From the NCBI GenBank assembly GCA_026397175.1, contig JAPLVK010000021.1, positions 56,989-120,988 on the forward strand: a DNA stretch of 64,000 nt. Direction: 5' to 3'. Source of the DNA: Candidatus Berkelbacteria bacterium (GTDB taxonomy: Bacteria; Patescibacteriota; UBA1384; DTJR01). The translations under genes and the position numbers were made by a program. Below the pieces are notes generated by a model. That model made no database searches and was not told where the DNA came from. It saw only the letters and a program-made list of their open reading frames with translations. Positions 9,260-19,405 of the stretch are shown piece by piece (the stretch's first letter is position 1; each line of letters begins with the position of its first letter).

Positions 9260-10102
9260 ATGAACTCCAACAAAGTAATTGATACGCATTGTCATTTGAA
9301 TTTCAAATCATTTCAGGATGATTTTATTTTAGTTGCTAAAAAAGCACGGGAGTCGGGAGTTGAAAAAATAATTATTCCCGGTTCGGATTCGCAGACATCT
9401 TTTCAGGCCCTTGAAAACGCAAAAGCAATTAATCTCGCATTGTCATCCCGACCAGGTTTGGGGGTGGAACCCAAACCTCAGAAAATGTGGAGGGATCTTC
9501 CCCTTTTTGCCTACGCGGCTGTTGGAGTTCATCCGATTCACACCGACAGGAACGGATTCGAAACGATCGAGAAATTGGCGGAACTTCCGGAGGTAGTAGC
9601 GATCGGCGAAACGGGGCTCGATCAATTTCATAATCGAGATAATATCGCCGAACAGTTGGAGTTGCTCGGTAAACATGTTGATCTGGCACTCAAGATAAAT
9701 AAGCCGGTTATTTTTCACAATCGAGAATCGGATGCAGAGTTTTTGACATTTCTTAAATCGCTGCAGAAATTGCCGAGAGGTGTTTTCCATTGTTTTTCAA
9801 GCGATCATCATTTTGCAAAAGAAATAATCGAAATGGGATTTATGATTTCATTTACGGGGAATATAACTTGGGGTAATAAGAAGCTGAAAAAAGTAATAGA
9901 GAGAACGCCGCTTGAACGCATTATGATCGAAACCGATTCACCCTATCTTGTGCCGGAACCATTTAAATCTCAAGGCGTTGAACGAAACGAGCCGGCATAT
10001 GTTCTGGAAGTTGCCAAGAAAATTGCCCAAATTAAAAATATTAAGTTAGAAGAAGTTTGTAGCCAAACCACCCAAAACGCGATTGAGTTTTTTGGACTTT
10101 AA
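9260..10102 (+). CDS. tatD: TatD-family metal-dependent hydrolase (DNase)
   Basis: VIDTHCHLNF…GVHPIHT…AIGETGLD…IFHNRES…FHCFSSD…ETDSPYL, which are TatD signature residues. Confidence 0.85.
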   Translation: MNSNKVIDTHCHLNFKSFQDDFILVAKKARESGVEKIIIPGSDSQTSFQALENAKAINLALSSRPGLGVEPKPQKMWRDLPLFAYAAVGVHPIHTDRNGFETIEKLAELPEVVAIGETGLDQFHNRDNIAEQLELLGKHVDLALKINKPVIFHNRESDAEFLTFLKSLQKLPRGVFHCFSSDHHFAKEIIEMGFMISFTGNITWGNKKLKKVIERTPLERIMIETDSPYLVPEPFKSQGVERNEPAYVLEVAKKIAQIKNIKLEEVCSQTTQNAIEFFGL

Positions 10103-10282
10103 ATTTTATTGACATTCGCGAGATCCGTTTTAGGAATATTCAATTATGGATATTTGATTTCGTGTACCTTTTTCTCGATCGAGAAAAAGGTACACGAAAG
10201 TTCTGATATAAGTTGCAAAATTTGGCACTATTTTGATTATATTTTAGATCGAAGATTATCTTTTTAATTAAAAAACAAAACG

Positions 10283-10318
10283 GCCCGTCTCGAAAAATCG
10301 AGACGGGCCGGTGAATCT
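10283..10318 (-). terminator. Rho-independent terminator for the minus-strand gene ending at 10324
   Basis: On the minus strand, hairpin GGCCCGTCTCG-ATTTTT-CGAGACGGGCC is followed by GTTTTGTTTTTT. A second perfect inverted repeat (GTGTACCTTTTTCTCGATCGAGAAAAAGGTACAC) lies at about 10163-10196. Confidence 0.7.
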
Positions 10319-10323
10319 AGGAG

Positions 10324-11145
10324 CTACTGTCGTGCCAAAGGGTCAACCAACCCGGGCATCATGTCAATGCGATAACCGACCCACTCGAGTCGGGTAGCCG
10401 GCTGTACTTCATAGAAACGCTTGCTGACCAGACGGTCCACAGTCAGTTCCGCGAGGATGCTCGGTGATTTCTTGTTATCACGCATCCCGTAGAAACTGTT
10501 GCGAATCCGCCACAACATATGGTCAATGTGTACGCGATGCTCATCGGGGTTTTCCCCGGGACCGGAAACAATGTGTGCAGCGAGGTTAGAGATCTCGCCA
10601 AAGACGGGATGGCTATCCACGACATCATCACAGGTGTTGAGGGTTTCGCTGGTGAGTAGATCCGCCAAAAAGTCGGGCGGATAGAGCGCGTATCTGTTCC
10701 CGCTATCTGTGAAGTAATGTTTCCGATCCCTCGGAAGGTAGATCCAGGCGAGCGATTCGAAGACGCCGAGCAGCATGCCAGCCAGATACTCGGTCCCCCA
10801 GAATTTTGATGGCCACTTGTCGCTTGGTTCGATGATGGGATTGCATAGTCCGCGCAGCACTTGCCAATCGTTTGTGGCAACAGTGCACATAAGGCACAAG
10901 CCGGCGACATCCTCCGTTTCGTTTGTGGCCAGCATCATGCTCGTGATTGCTTGCTCGACCGGGAACTCATCGAGTGATACTGCATCCCAACCATCGCGCA
11001 GCGCCTTGAACACGCTAGTTAACAGCGCTTTGCCTTGTGGGTCTTGTGCTAGCGTTGTGTCCCCACTGGTCTCGTAGGCGTTCACCAGCTCGACCAGTGT
11101 TTCGACTCCACCTTTGCGACCAAACTGTCTCACATCCATGGTCAT
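10324..11145 (-). CDS. Hypothetical protein in a GC-rich island (no recognisable domain)
   Basis: 273-aa ORF at about 55-58% GC, in a locus of about 35% GC, with its own terminator and promoter region. I recognise no motifs in it. Confidence 0.55.
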   Translation of the reverse strand: MTMDVRQFGRKGGVETLVELVNAYETSGDTTLAQDPQGKALLTSVFKALRDGWDAVSLDEFPVEQAITSMMLATNETEDVAGLCLMCTVATNDWQVLRGLCNPIIEPSDKWPSKFWGTEYLAGMLLGVFESLAWIYLPRDRKHYFTDSGNRYALYPPDFLADLLTSETLNTCDDVVDSHPVFGEISNLAAHIVSGPGENPDEHRVHIDHMLWRIRNSFYGMRDNKKSPSILAELTVDRLVSKRFYEVQPATRLEWVGYRIDMMPGLVDPLARQ

Positions 11146-11169
11146 CTCCTCCTAAGAGATGGATTCCCT

Positions 11170-11250
11170 ACTCCCGCGATTAACAGAAACAGGGTTGCGA
11201 TTTCAATCCCCGATTAAGGGATCGTCCGCTTGTCCCGATTAAGGACTTGC
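11170..11250. promoter_or_regulatory. Three direct repeats of CCCGATTAAGG-like sequence in the promoter region of the GC-rich gene 10324-11145
   Basis: tcccgcgattaacag, tccccgattaagggatcg and tcccgattaaggacttg, spaced about 30 bp apart. Confidence 0.45.
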
Positions 11251-11381
11251 GAATTGCCAAAATCATACTCTTTTTTCAAAATTATCAAGTGTTCTGATGT
11301 TTTTGTTGCAAGGATTGATTTTCGTATTGATTTAAGCTATACTCAACAGGTTACAAGGAGCCAATAACATCTTTTTCAAAA

Positions 11382-13205
11382 ATGATCCGAAATGTCGCTA
11401 TCATTGCCCATGTAGATCACGGAAAAACCACACTTGTTGATGGTTTGTTAAAGCAGTCCAAAACATTTCGCGACAACGAAGCGGAAATGGGTCAGACGCT
11501 TATTATGGACTCGAATGATCAAGAGCGGGAGCGCGGAATCACGATTTTGGCCAAGAATACGGCGGTTGAATATAACGGTGTCAAAATTAACATTATTGAT
11601 ACTCCGGGCCACGCCGATTTTGGCGGAGAAGTTGAACGCACTTTAAATATGGCCGATGGCGCGATTTTGGTTATTGACGCGCAAGAAGGCCCGATGCCGC
11701 AAACCAAATTTGTTTTAAAAAAAGCCCTCGAAATCGGTCTTAAAATAATTGTGGTTATCAACAAAATTGACAAGAAAAATGCTCGAGTTGATGAGGTCAT
11801 CGAGCGAACTTCGGATTTATTTTTAGATCTCGCCCATCACGAATCACATCTTGATTTTCCTACCTTTTATTCAATTGCCAAACAGGGCAAGGCCTGGTCT
11901 AAGATGCCGGAAAATTTTGATGAGCCGGCGGACTTAAGCGATATTTTTGAAGCGATTATTAAATATGTCCCCGAACCAAAATCAGATCCCGACGGGCCTT
12001 TTCAAATGCTCGTTTCAGCCCTTGATTGGGATTCGTATCAGGGTAAATATGCTATCGGTAAAATTAGTCGAGGCAAAGCAAGACAGGGGTTGTCTGTCGC
12101 ACTTATTTGCGATAATGGTGTTTTAGAAAATACAAAAATTGACAAGGTCTTTATCAGCGTCGGGCTCAAGAGAGTGGAAGATAAAGAGGCGCGATCGGGC
12201 GATATTGTTGCCATCACCGGAATTAAAAATGCCGGAATTGGCGACACGATTGCCGATGCGCAAAATCCCGAACCGTTGCCTCGAATCAAAATCGAAGAGC
12301 CGACGCTCTCGATGGCGGTCTCCGCCAACACTTCTCCTTTTGCTGGGCGCGAAGGTCAGTTTGTAACCGGTCGCCAGATTCTGGAGCGGATTAAAAAAGA
12401 GCTCGAGACAAATGTCTCTTTAAAATTAAAAATTAACGATCAAGGTGAATATATTTTATCGGGCCGGGGCGAGTTGCATTTATCGGTTTTTATCGAAAAC
12501 TTGCGCCGCGAGGGCTTTGAGCTTCAAATTGGAAAACCGGAAGTGATTACCAAAACAGTTGACGGTGAAGTACAGGAGCCGGTTGAGGAGTTGACGATTG
12601 ATGTTGAGGACAATTTTGCCAACAATGTGATCGCCGAAGTTATCAAAAGGAAAGGAACCCTTCACTCGCAAATGCCATTGCACGATGGCAGTACAAGATT
12701 GGTTTTTGAAATTACAACTAGGGGTCTTTTAGGACTTCGAAATCAACTTTTGACCCTGTCCCGCGGCACGGCCGTTGCCAGCTCATTATTTTTGCGATTT
12801 GAAAAAATTGGTTCAGCCATTGCTCGACTTCGAAACGGTGTTTTGATTGCGGCGGAGGACGGCAAGGCCGTGGTTTATGGTTTAGACATTGCCCAAGGCC
12901 GAGGAATCACATTTATTGAGCCGCAAACCCAAGTTTATCACGGCATGATTATTGGTTTAAATTCAAAAGAAAGCGATATTGAAATTAATGTGGCCAAAGA
13001 AAAACATTTAACAAATATTAGGGCTTCAAGCTCGGATATTGCCACCATTTTAACAAAAGCCACAATTTTAACATTGGAACAATGTATTGATTTTTTAGAA
13101 GATGATGAGCTTTTGGAAGTTACGCCAAAGTCACTTCGTCTTCGCAAAAAAATCCTCGACCCGACTTTACGCTCTCGGGCGAGAAATCGCATATCCTCGA
13201 ACTAA
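11382..13205 (+). CDS. typA: Ribosome-binding GTPase TypA/BipA
   Basis: [15 protein letters not shown]…[14 protein letters not shown]…NKIDK. It is 607 aa with the EF-G-like domain order. Confidence 0.9.
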   Translation: MIRNVAIIAHVDHGKTTLVDGLLKQSKTFRDNEAEMGQTLIMDSNDQERERGITILAKNTAVEYNGVKINIIDTPGHADFGGEVERTLNMADGAILVIDAQEGPMPQTKFVLKKALEIGLKIIVVINKIDKKNARVDEVIERTSDLFLDLAHHESHLDFPTFYSIAKQGKAWSKMPENFDEPADLSDIFEAIIKYVPEPKSDPDGPFQMLVSALDWDSYQGKYAIGKISRGKARQGLSVALICDNGVLENTKIDKVFISVGLKRVEDKEARSGDIVAITGIKNAGIGDTIADAQNPEPLPRIKIEEPTLSMAVSANTSPFAGREGQFVTGRQILERIKKELETNVSLKLKINDQGEYILSGRGELHLSVFIENLRREGFELQIGKPEVITKTVDGEVQEPVEELTIDVEDNFANNVIAEVIKRKGTLHSQMPLHDGSTRLVFEITTRGLLGLRNQLLTLSRGTAVASSLFLRFEKIGSAIARLRNGVLIAAEDGKAVVYGLDIAQGRGITFIEPQTQVYHGMIIGLNSKESDIEINVAKEKHLTNIRASSSDIATILTKATILTLEQCIDFLEDDELLEVTPKSLRLRKKILDPTLRSRARNRISSN

Positions 13206-13236
13206 TTTTGACTTTTAACATTTAACCTTTGACTTC

Positions 13237-13276
13237 AGGAAAATTGTCTTCAGGTATTGACAATTTTCCTGTTATG
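13237..13276. promoter_or_regulatory. 13-bp perfect inverted repeat (CAGGAAAATTGTC…GACAATTTTCCTG) overlapping a TTGACA -35 element upstream of the phd-like/iscSU genes
   Basis: The inverted repeat is seen directly in the sequence. TTGACA at 13263 overlaps its right arm. Confidence 0.5.
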
Positions 13277-13327
13277 TATAATGTTATATATAATTATGAA
13301 ATAAAAGGATGGGGCGGAAGGTTATAG

Positions 13328-13558
13328 ATGAAAAATATCAATATCAATCAGCTTCAGTCGCAAATTTCGCGAGTGATGAAAGATGTTGAAGGGGGAGAAA
13401 CATACGAGGTTATGCGCTACTCTAAACCGGTAGCTGTAATTACCGCCAAAGACAAAAGTAAAAAAAATTCGGATGATAAATGCGATTCATGCGCTCAAAA
13501 GATGGATCAAATTATCATGCTTTTAAGTTTAAAAGGCGACAAAATTGATGCAAAATAA
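13328..13558 (+). CDS. Phd/YefM-family antitoxin-like small protein (orphan, no toxin partner)
   Basis: The N-terminus INQLQSQISRVMKDVEGGETYEVMRYSKPVAVI matches the Phd/YefM fold. No toxin ORF is adjacent. Confidence 0.5.
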   Translation: MKNININQLQSQISRVMKDVEGGETYEVMRYSKPVAVITAKDKSKKNSDDKCDSCAQKMDQIIMLLSLKGDKIDAK

Positions 13559-14777
13559 ACAAGTTTATTTAGATTACGCTTCGACCACACCAACCGATCC
13601 AAAGGTTGTTCAGGCCATGCTGCCTTATTTTAGTGATGTTTTTGCCAATCCTTCGGCGCTATATCGCCCCGCTCTAAAAGCAAAAGCTGCAATTGATAAA
13701 TCCCGCCAGATAATCGCTGACTTTTTGGGAGCTAAACCGTCTGAAATCATTTTTACTTCAGGTGGAACGGAATCAGATAATTTAGCAATTTTGGGAATTG
13801 CAAGATTTATTAAAAAAGGGCATATTGTCACTTCTCAAATCGAGCATCCGGCGGTTTTGAATTCTTGCAAGCAGCTTAAAAAAGAAGGGTTTGAAGTCAC
13901 TTATCTTAAACCCGATCATGACGGATTTATTTCTCCACAGGATGTTAAAAAAGCGCTCAAAAAAAATACGATTTTGGTTTCTATAATGTATGCCAATAAC
14001 GAGATTGGGACGATACAGCCGGTAAAAGAAATCTCGAATATTATTCGGGATTTCAAATTATCAAAATTCAAATCTCAAAATTCAAATAAATCTCAATTTC
14101 CAAAATCTAAAAATTTGGGATTTAGTGCTTTGGATTTGATGCTTGAAAAATCGTACCCGCTTTTTCACTCTGATTCTTGCCAGGCGGCCGAATATTTAGA
14201 TATGAATGTTTCGCGCCTTGGCGTTGATCTATTGACTTTTAACGGATCAAAAATTTATGGGCCAAAAGGAATCGGTGTCTTATATATAAAGGAAGGCACA
14301 AAAATTGAACTAATCATTTATGGTGGTGGACAAGAAAATCAAATGCGCTCCGGGACCGAAAATGTTCCGTTGATTGTCGGCATTGCTGAAGCAGTCAAAC
14401 TAATCAAAAAATCAAAAACCGAAAAAGCCCACAGGGATTATTTAATCCGAGAACTCTTAAAAATTAAAGATGTCTCGTTGAACGGATCAATAAAAAATCG
14501 CCTCGATAATAATGTCAATGTTTCAATCAAAGGCGTCGAGGGCGAATCGGCCGTTTTGTATCTCGATCGCGAAGGAATTTTTGTTTCAACCGGTTCGGCC
14601 TGTTCCAGCAAATCGCTCGAGCCCTCACATGTTATTCAAGCCATCGGTGCGGGGCGCGAAGCGGCGCACAGCTCTTTGCGCATAACATTGGGGCGCAAAA
14701 CCACCAAAACAGAGATTGATTATTTTCTAAAAAAAGTTAAAATTATTGTGGAAAATTTAAGAGAAATAAGCGCATAA
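13545..14777 (+). CDS. iscS: Cysteine desulfurase (NifS/IscS family) with an internal low-complexity insertion
   Basis: VYLDYASTTP…FTSGGTESDN…SQIEHPAV…SGSACSS. It is followed by iscU. Confidence 0.85.
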   Translation: MMQNKQVYLDYASTTPTDPKVVQAMLPYFSDVFANPSALYRPALKAKAAIDKSRQIIADFLGAKPSEIIFTSGGTESDNLAILGIARFIKKGHIVTSQIEHPAVLNSCKQLKKEGFEVTYLKPDHDGFISPQDVKKALKKNTILVSIMYANNEIGTIQPVKEISNIIRDFKLSKFKSQNSNKSQFPKSKNLGFSALDLMLEKSYPLFHSDSCQAAEYLDMNVSRLGVDLLTFNGSKIYGPKGIGVLYIKEGTKIELIIYGGGQENQMRSGTENVPLIVGIAEAVKLIKKSKTEKAHRDYLIRELLKIKDVSLNGSIKNRLDNNVNVSIKGVEGESAVLYLDREGIFVSTGSACSSKSLEPSHVIQAIGAGREAAHSSLRITLGRKTTKTEIDYFLKKVKIIVENLREISA

Positions 14778-14781
14778 AAAA

Positions 14782-15219
14782 ATGAAAAGCGATTTTGATG
14801 TCAAAGAACAATCGGGGACTAAATGGATTTATTCTCAAAAAGTTGAAGATCACTTTTTTAGTCCCAGAAATGTCATGACTAGAAATATCAAAAAAACCGG
14901 CTACAACGGGTATGGCGCAGTCGGCTCTCCCGCATGCGGCGATGTTATGCGCGTCTGGTTAAAAATTAAAAACAATAAAATAATTGATTTTAAGTGGAAG
15001 ACATTTGGTTGTGCTTCGGCCATTGCCGCTACCAGCATTTTGTCCGAAATGGCTACTGGAAAATCAATTGATTTGGCCTATAAAATTACCGCCCAAGATA
15101 TTGTTAAAAAACTAGGCGGATTACCGAAGAGAAAAATCCATTGTTCTATATTGGGCGATCAGGCCTTGCGCCTTGCCATCGAGAACTATCGCAATCAGAA
15201 GCCAAAAAAAGTATTATAG
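14782..15219 (+). CDS. iscU: Fe-S cluster assembly scaffold IscU/NifU
   Basis: GAVGSPACGDVMRVWLKI…FKTFGCASAIAATS conserved Cys triad. Confidence 0.85.
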   Translation: MKSDFDVKEQSGTKWIYSQKVEDHFFSPRNVMTRNIKKTGYNGYGAVGSPACGDVMRVWLKIKNNKIIDFKWKTFGCASAIAATSILSEMATGKSIDLAYKITAQDIVKKLGGLPKRKIHCSILGDQALRLAIENYRNQKPKKVL

Positions 15220-15223
15220 AAGT

Positions 15224-16156
15224 GTGAATATTGTCGATTTAATTTTTATTGCGCTGTTTGCTCTGGTAGCCATCTTTTGTTTTAAGATTTCTTTTTTGGT
15301 TGCGCTTGAATCAATAATCTCTTTGGCTCTTAGTTTTTTTATCGGCTCTAAATCGCTAAATTTTTTACTTTCGATTTTGGAAAAGTTTGGTTGGCGCGAA
15401 AATATTTATACGCCTTCTTTGGTTTTGATTTTAGCAATTGTGATTATTTGGGGCGTAATCCAATCATTGTTTTCGATTATTTTTTCTAAAAAAACCGAGG
15501 CAACAATCTTTAGCAAATGTTTTTCTTTTGTTTTTGCTTTTATTTTTGCGCTGATTGTGGCCACGATTGCGTGTCTAACTTTTCCTCCTTTTTTCTCATC
15601 TTCAAATTCCTATGATTGTTTAACCGAGTCGCGCATTTGCTCCCTTTCAAAAAAATTAAATTTATCAAAGTCGCTTGATCTATCGGCGCTTCAAGGCAAT
15701 GTTTTAAATTTTATGACGCCTAAATCAGAAACGGACGCGATAATTTTGCCGGACTATCTTAAAAAAAACGGGCAGAATATGAGTGCAGAAAACGAAATAT
15801 TTAGTTTAGTCAATCAAGAACGAAAAACAAATGATCTCAAAGTGTTAGCAGCGGACGCTAATTTAAATCTTCTAGCTCAAAACTACGCCGAAACAATCCT
15901 CCAGACAAAATATTTTTCCCATTATGATATGTCCAAAAAAATGCCTGACGCACGGGCCAAAGCCGCCAATTATAATTTTAATTATTTCGGAGAAAATCTG
16001 GCAATTGCCGAAAATGTGCAAGTTGCACACAAAATATTGATGGATAGTTCGGCTCACAAAGAAAACATTTTATCGCCGATTTATCAAAGGGTCGGTATTG
16101 CGGTATTTAATCTTAAACCAAATTCGATTTTGGTCGTTGAGGAATTTTCAAACTAG
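15224..16156 (+). CDS. Membrane protein with N-terminal CvpA-like TM region and C-terminal CAP (SCP/YkwD) domain
   Basis: Multiple TM helices, then the CAP block NEIFSLVNQER…YFSHYDM…NYFGENLAI…HKENILSPIYQRVGIAV. A GTG at 15224 is a plausible start; the ORF-track start at 15173 overlaps iscU. Confidence 0.6.
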   Translation: MNIVDLIFIALFALVAIFCFKISFLVALESIISLALSFFIGSKSLNFLLSILEKFGWRENIYTPSLVLILAIVIIWGVIQSLFSIIFSKKTEATIFSKCFSFVFAFIFALIVATIACLTFPPFFSSSNSYDCLTESRICSLSKKLNLSKSLDLSALQGNVLNFMTPKSETDAIILPDYLKKNGQNMSAENEIFSLVNQERKTNDLKVLAADANLNLLAQNYAETILQTKYFSHYDMSKKMPDARAKAANYNFNYFGENLAIAENVQVAHKILMDSSAHKENILSPIYQRVGIAVFNLKPNSILVVEEFSN

Positions 16157-16171
16157 ACATAATTTTTTTAA

Positions 16172-16963
16172 ATGATTTTAAACGGAAAAAAAATCGCAGA
16201 CGAAATATTCAACAGTTTAAAAGAACTTCAGCCGCCCGAAGGAAAATTTGTTGTTATTCAGGTTGGAAATGATCCCGTCAGCAACCTCTATGTTTTGCAG
16301 AAAAAAGCGATGGCAGAAAAACTTAATTTTGTTATCGAGGTGCAAAAATTTGATGAGATTGTTTCGGAAGATGAGCTCAAACAGGAAATCACTCAATTAA
16401 ACAATGACCCAAAAGTGCGGGCAATTATGGTGCAAATGCCGCTGCCGAAAAATATTGATCGAATCAAAATAAGTGAGTTAATTGATGTAAAAAAAGATGT
16501 TGATGGCTTCTCTTATATTTTAGAAAAATCACCCTTCACATTTTTCCCGCCGACGATTTTGGCAATTGATGAAATTTTGCGCTATTACAAAATTTCAAAA
16601 ATAAATAAAAAAATATTAATTGTGGGAGAGGGTTTTTTGGTAGGAAAACCGTTATTTCATTTTTACAAGGACCAGAAACTTGCCGTAAGTGTTTTAAAAA
16701 AAGATGATGCGGACTATGAAAAAAAACTTAAAGAGTCGGACATTATAGTCGTGGCAACCGGCGGAGGAAGGGTTTTTTCAAAAGATGATTTTAAGTCGGG
16801 CGTAACCGTAATTGATGCCAGCACTGTTTCGGACGAAGGAAAAATCAGAGGAGATGTCAATTTAGCTGATTGGCCAAATGGTGTAAATATCGCTCCGGTT
16901 CCGGGAGGAGTCGGCCCGCTAACCGTAGCGATGCTTATGAAAAACTATTATTCTTTATCGTAA
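16172..16963 (+). CDS. folD: Bifunctional methylenetetrahydrofolate dehydrogenase/cyclohydrolase
   Basis: ILNGKKIADEI…VIQVGNDPVSNLYV…VATGGGRV…PVPGGVGPLTVAML. Confidence 0.85.
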   Translation: MILNGKKIADEIFNSLKELQPPEGKFVVIQVGNDPVSNLYVLQKKAMAEKLNFVIEVQKFDEIVSEDELKQEITQLNNDPKVRAIMVQMPLPKNIDRIKISELIDVKKDVDGFSYILEKSPFTFFPPTILAIDEILRYYKISKINKKILIVGEGFLVGKPLFHFYKDQKLAVSVLKKDDADYEKKLKESDIIVVATGGGRVFSKDDFKSGVTVIDASTVSDEGKIRGDVNLADWPNGVNIAPVPGGVGPLTVAMLMKNYYSLS

Positions 16964-17012
16964 AAATAATCTTTGGCTGCTTTGTTTCCCTATAACATTT
17001 TGATATGCTGGA

Positions 17013-18215
17013 TTGGTCATGAAAAAACTCAAAAAAATTAAAGTACTATTTGTCGTTTTCTTTGCGGTCTCGCTTTTTATTTCCGGTTCAATCGGATATT
17101 TTATTGGGCACAAAAATCTTTACCTTAATGGCACAACTCCTCATTTTGTTAATTCAGATAAAAACAAACCGGACAATGTTGATTTTTCTTTGTTTTGGGA
17201 TGCGTATCAAAAAGTCAAAGAAAATTATTATGGCGATATCAATATGCAAAATTATCTTTACGGGGCAATTTCCGGCGCTTATGCCTCGCTCGGTGATCCC
17301 TACACGGCATTTTTGTCGCCCGATTTAAATAAGGAATTTCAGGACGAGCTTTCTGGAGATTTGGAGGGAGTCGGAATCAAAATGGGGGTTTTGGACGGCT
17401 ACCCAACGGTTATCGCGCCACTTGACGGGTCGCCGGCGTATAAGGCAGGTATGAAAGCGAAAGATAAAATTATTAAAGTTGATGATCTTGAAACCAAGGA
17501 TCTTTCGCTTGACTTCGTCGTTTCAAAAATTCGCGGTCCATCCGGCACGAAAGTCAAATTAGCTTTCGTTCGAGATGGTGAAAATAAAATTAGGGAAGTC
17601 GAGCTGACGAGAGCCAAAATTGATGTTAAAACCGTCGAGTTAAATTATAAAGGTGATGTGGCGGTTATTACCATTAATGAATTTGGAGTTGACACGACGC
17701 AGGAATTTAAAAAATTTTCAGGAGAAATTACGGGCAAAAACATTAATAAAGTAATTCTTGATTTAAGAAACAATCCCGGGGGACTTTTGGACGGATCGAT
17801 TGATATTGCCGGATTTATTTTCCCCAAAGATACAATGGTTGTTTCAGAGCAAGGGAAATCCGACAAGGTAGATCACAAATCAACAGGACAAGGTGAGCTA
17901 AAAAATGTTAATTTAGTCGTTTTGGTAAATGGCGGAAGTGCCTCTGCGGCGGAAATTTTGGCTGGGGCCATCAAAGACAACAAACGAGGCCAAATTATTG
18001 GCGAAAAGACATTTGGCAAAGGAACGGTGCAGATTTTGAGTAACTTAAAGGATAACTCCTCGGCCAAAATAACGGTGGCCAAGTGGCTGACTCCATCCGG
18101 GCAAAACATTGACAAAAACGGCATCCAACCGGATATCGAGGTAAAGGACTCGGATAATCCTAATTTTGATACTAATGATCCGATTTTGAATCGTGCTCTT
18201 TTAGAGCTAAAATAA
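17013..18215 (+). CDS. ctpA: Carboxyl-terminal processing protease (S41) with PDZ domain
   Basis: TM anchor, PDZ (GIKMGVLDGYPTVIAPLDGSPAYKAGMKAKDKI), and the S41 core DLRNNPGGLL…VLVNGGSASAAEILAGA. Confidence 0.85.
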   Translation: MVMKKLKKIKVLFVVFFAVSLFISGSIGYFIGHKNLYLNGTTPHFVNSDKNKPDNVDFSLFWDAYQKVKENYYGDINMQNYLYGAISGAYASLGDPYTAFLSPDLNKEFQDELSGDLEGVGIKMGVLDGYPTVIAPLDGSPAYKAGMKAKDKIIKVDDLETKDLSLDFVVSKIRGPSGTKVKLAFVRDGENKIREVELTRAKIDVKTVELNYKGDVAVITINEFGVDTTQEFKKFSGEITGKNINKVILDLRNNPGGLLDGSIDIAGFIFPKDTMVVSEQGKSDKVDHKSTGQGELKNVNLVVLVNGGSASAAEILAGAIKDNKRGQIIGEKTFGKGTVQILSNLKDNSSAKITVAKWLTPSGQNIDKNGIQPDIEVKDSDNPNFDTNDPILNRALLELK

Positions 18216-18340
18216 TTTGATTTTTTCTCCATATAAAGTCATAATTAATCTTTAGGGGAGGAAAAATTAAATTTTCTCGTGTCAGAAATTATTTAAGTAA
18301 ATTCTCAAAACGATCTCTTTTTACTTTTGCTTCTGTATTT

Positions 18341-19405
18341 GTGTTATTTTTGGCTTCCGGCGCTGTTGTTTTAGCCCAAACCGGTCATTTCAAAATTCTG
18401 GCTGATGTTATAGCTCCAAAAGCGGCTTTAGACAATGGAAGTTTACAAGTTTATATCAAAGATAAAGATACTCTTAAACCAGCATCAGGATCTCTTTCTG
18501 TCGAGTTATGGCAAGACAATACTTATATTACGAGATCTGCGGCTATTGCTTCGGAAACGAGCACAATTGCCTATTTCGGAGGTCTTTCAATCGGAACAAC
18601 CTACTATGTTAAATTAGAATCACCAACGCAAATGCCGGTATGCATCGGACAAAGTGTAGTTATTGCCGATGGTCTGCCGACTAAAACAGAACTTATATCA
18701 CCTTGCCAAACAGAATCCAAAACGCCAGAACCCAACAAGACCCAAACAGCAACTCCGGCTCCTACTTCGACCGGTTCTATTATTCCCTCCACCAAATTTG
18801 TCCTAACCGGCACGGTCTATGGCGGAGATGGTGAAACAACTCTACTCGCTGGTGCTACAGTTGACCTTTGGAATATCCCTGCTAACAAAAGCGTCTCTTC
18901 TGTCCAAACGAAGCCAGATGGAACATTCGAACTGCCAGTTGATTTACCATCCGGTAAAACGGTTGTTTTCCCGAAGGACTACTTTTTGCAATTCACAGCT
19001 ACAAATTACACTTCATTCGCAATCAACCCGCTCTCACAGAAATTCCCCAGCAATAATTTCGATGGAGGAAAGTCATACGATATAGGCAAGGTTCATCTTT
19101 ACAAAATACAATCAGCAACTCCAACGCCGACTGCGACAGCTACAATTGTTAAATCAAATCCAGATGTTACTCCAACGGCGGCTGTTGTAGTAAAGAAGTT
19201 TGATGTAGTCGGTTATATCGGATCTGAAACCCCGGAATTTTATCTTGATGGTATCAACTTGCAGCTTGTTATGAAGAGAGGCACCACAACCCATAACTAC
19301 AAGACAGTTACAACTGCCGAGGCGATAGATTCTCGAACCGGAGAGCAAAAAGTTAATTCTTGTTTGCCGATGCGACATACACTCTTATTCCTAAACTTAA
19401 TTTAG
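18341..19405 (+). CDS. Secreted protein with carboxypeptidase-regulatory-like beta-sandwich; probable N-terminal part of a split metallopeptidase gene
   Basis: Signal-like N-terminus. The open frame extends upstream to about 18245 with no ATG. The 3' end overlaps the next ORF by 46 nt in another frame. Confidence 0.5.
   Translation: MLFLASGAVVLAQTGHFKILADVIAPKAALDNGSLQVYIKDKDTLKPASGSLSVELWQDNTYITRSAAIASETSTIAYFGGLSIGTTYYVKLESPTQMPVCIGQSVVIADGLPTKTELISPCQTESKTPEPNKTQTATPAPTSTGSIIPSTKFVLTGTVYGGDGETTLLAGATVDLWNIPANKSVSSVQTKPDGTFELPVDLPSGKTVVFPKDYFLQFTATNYTSFAINPLSQKFPSNNFDGGKSYDIGKVHLYKIQSATPTPTATATIVKSNPDVTPTAAVVVKKFDVVGYIGSETPEFYLDGINLQLVMKRGTTTHNYKTVTTAEAIDSRTGEQKVNSCLPMRHTLLFLNLI

Noticed and set aside
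9411-9790. Small ORFs on both strands inside tatD
   Set aside because: The tatD reading frame is continuous and carries all the conserved metal-binding motifs, so the overlapping ORFs are spurious.
10443-11077. ORFs 10443-10910(-), 10499-10684(+), 10703-10897(-), 10775-11077(+) and 22349-22744(-)
   Set aside because: These are alternate-frame ORFs inside GC-rich genes and are artefacts of composition.
11180-11215. GGTTGCGATTTCAATCC resembling a tRNA T-arm
   Set aside because: No acceptor, D or anticodon stem could be built around it. It more likely belongs to the direct-repeat promoter region.
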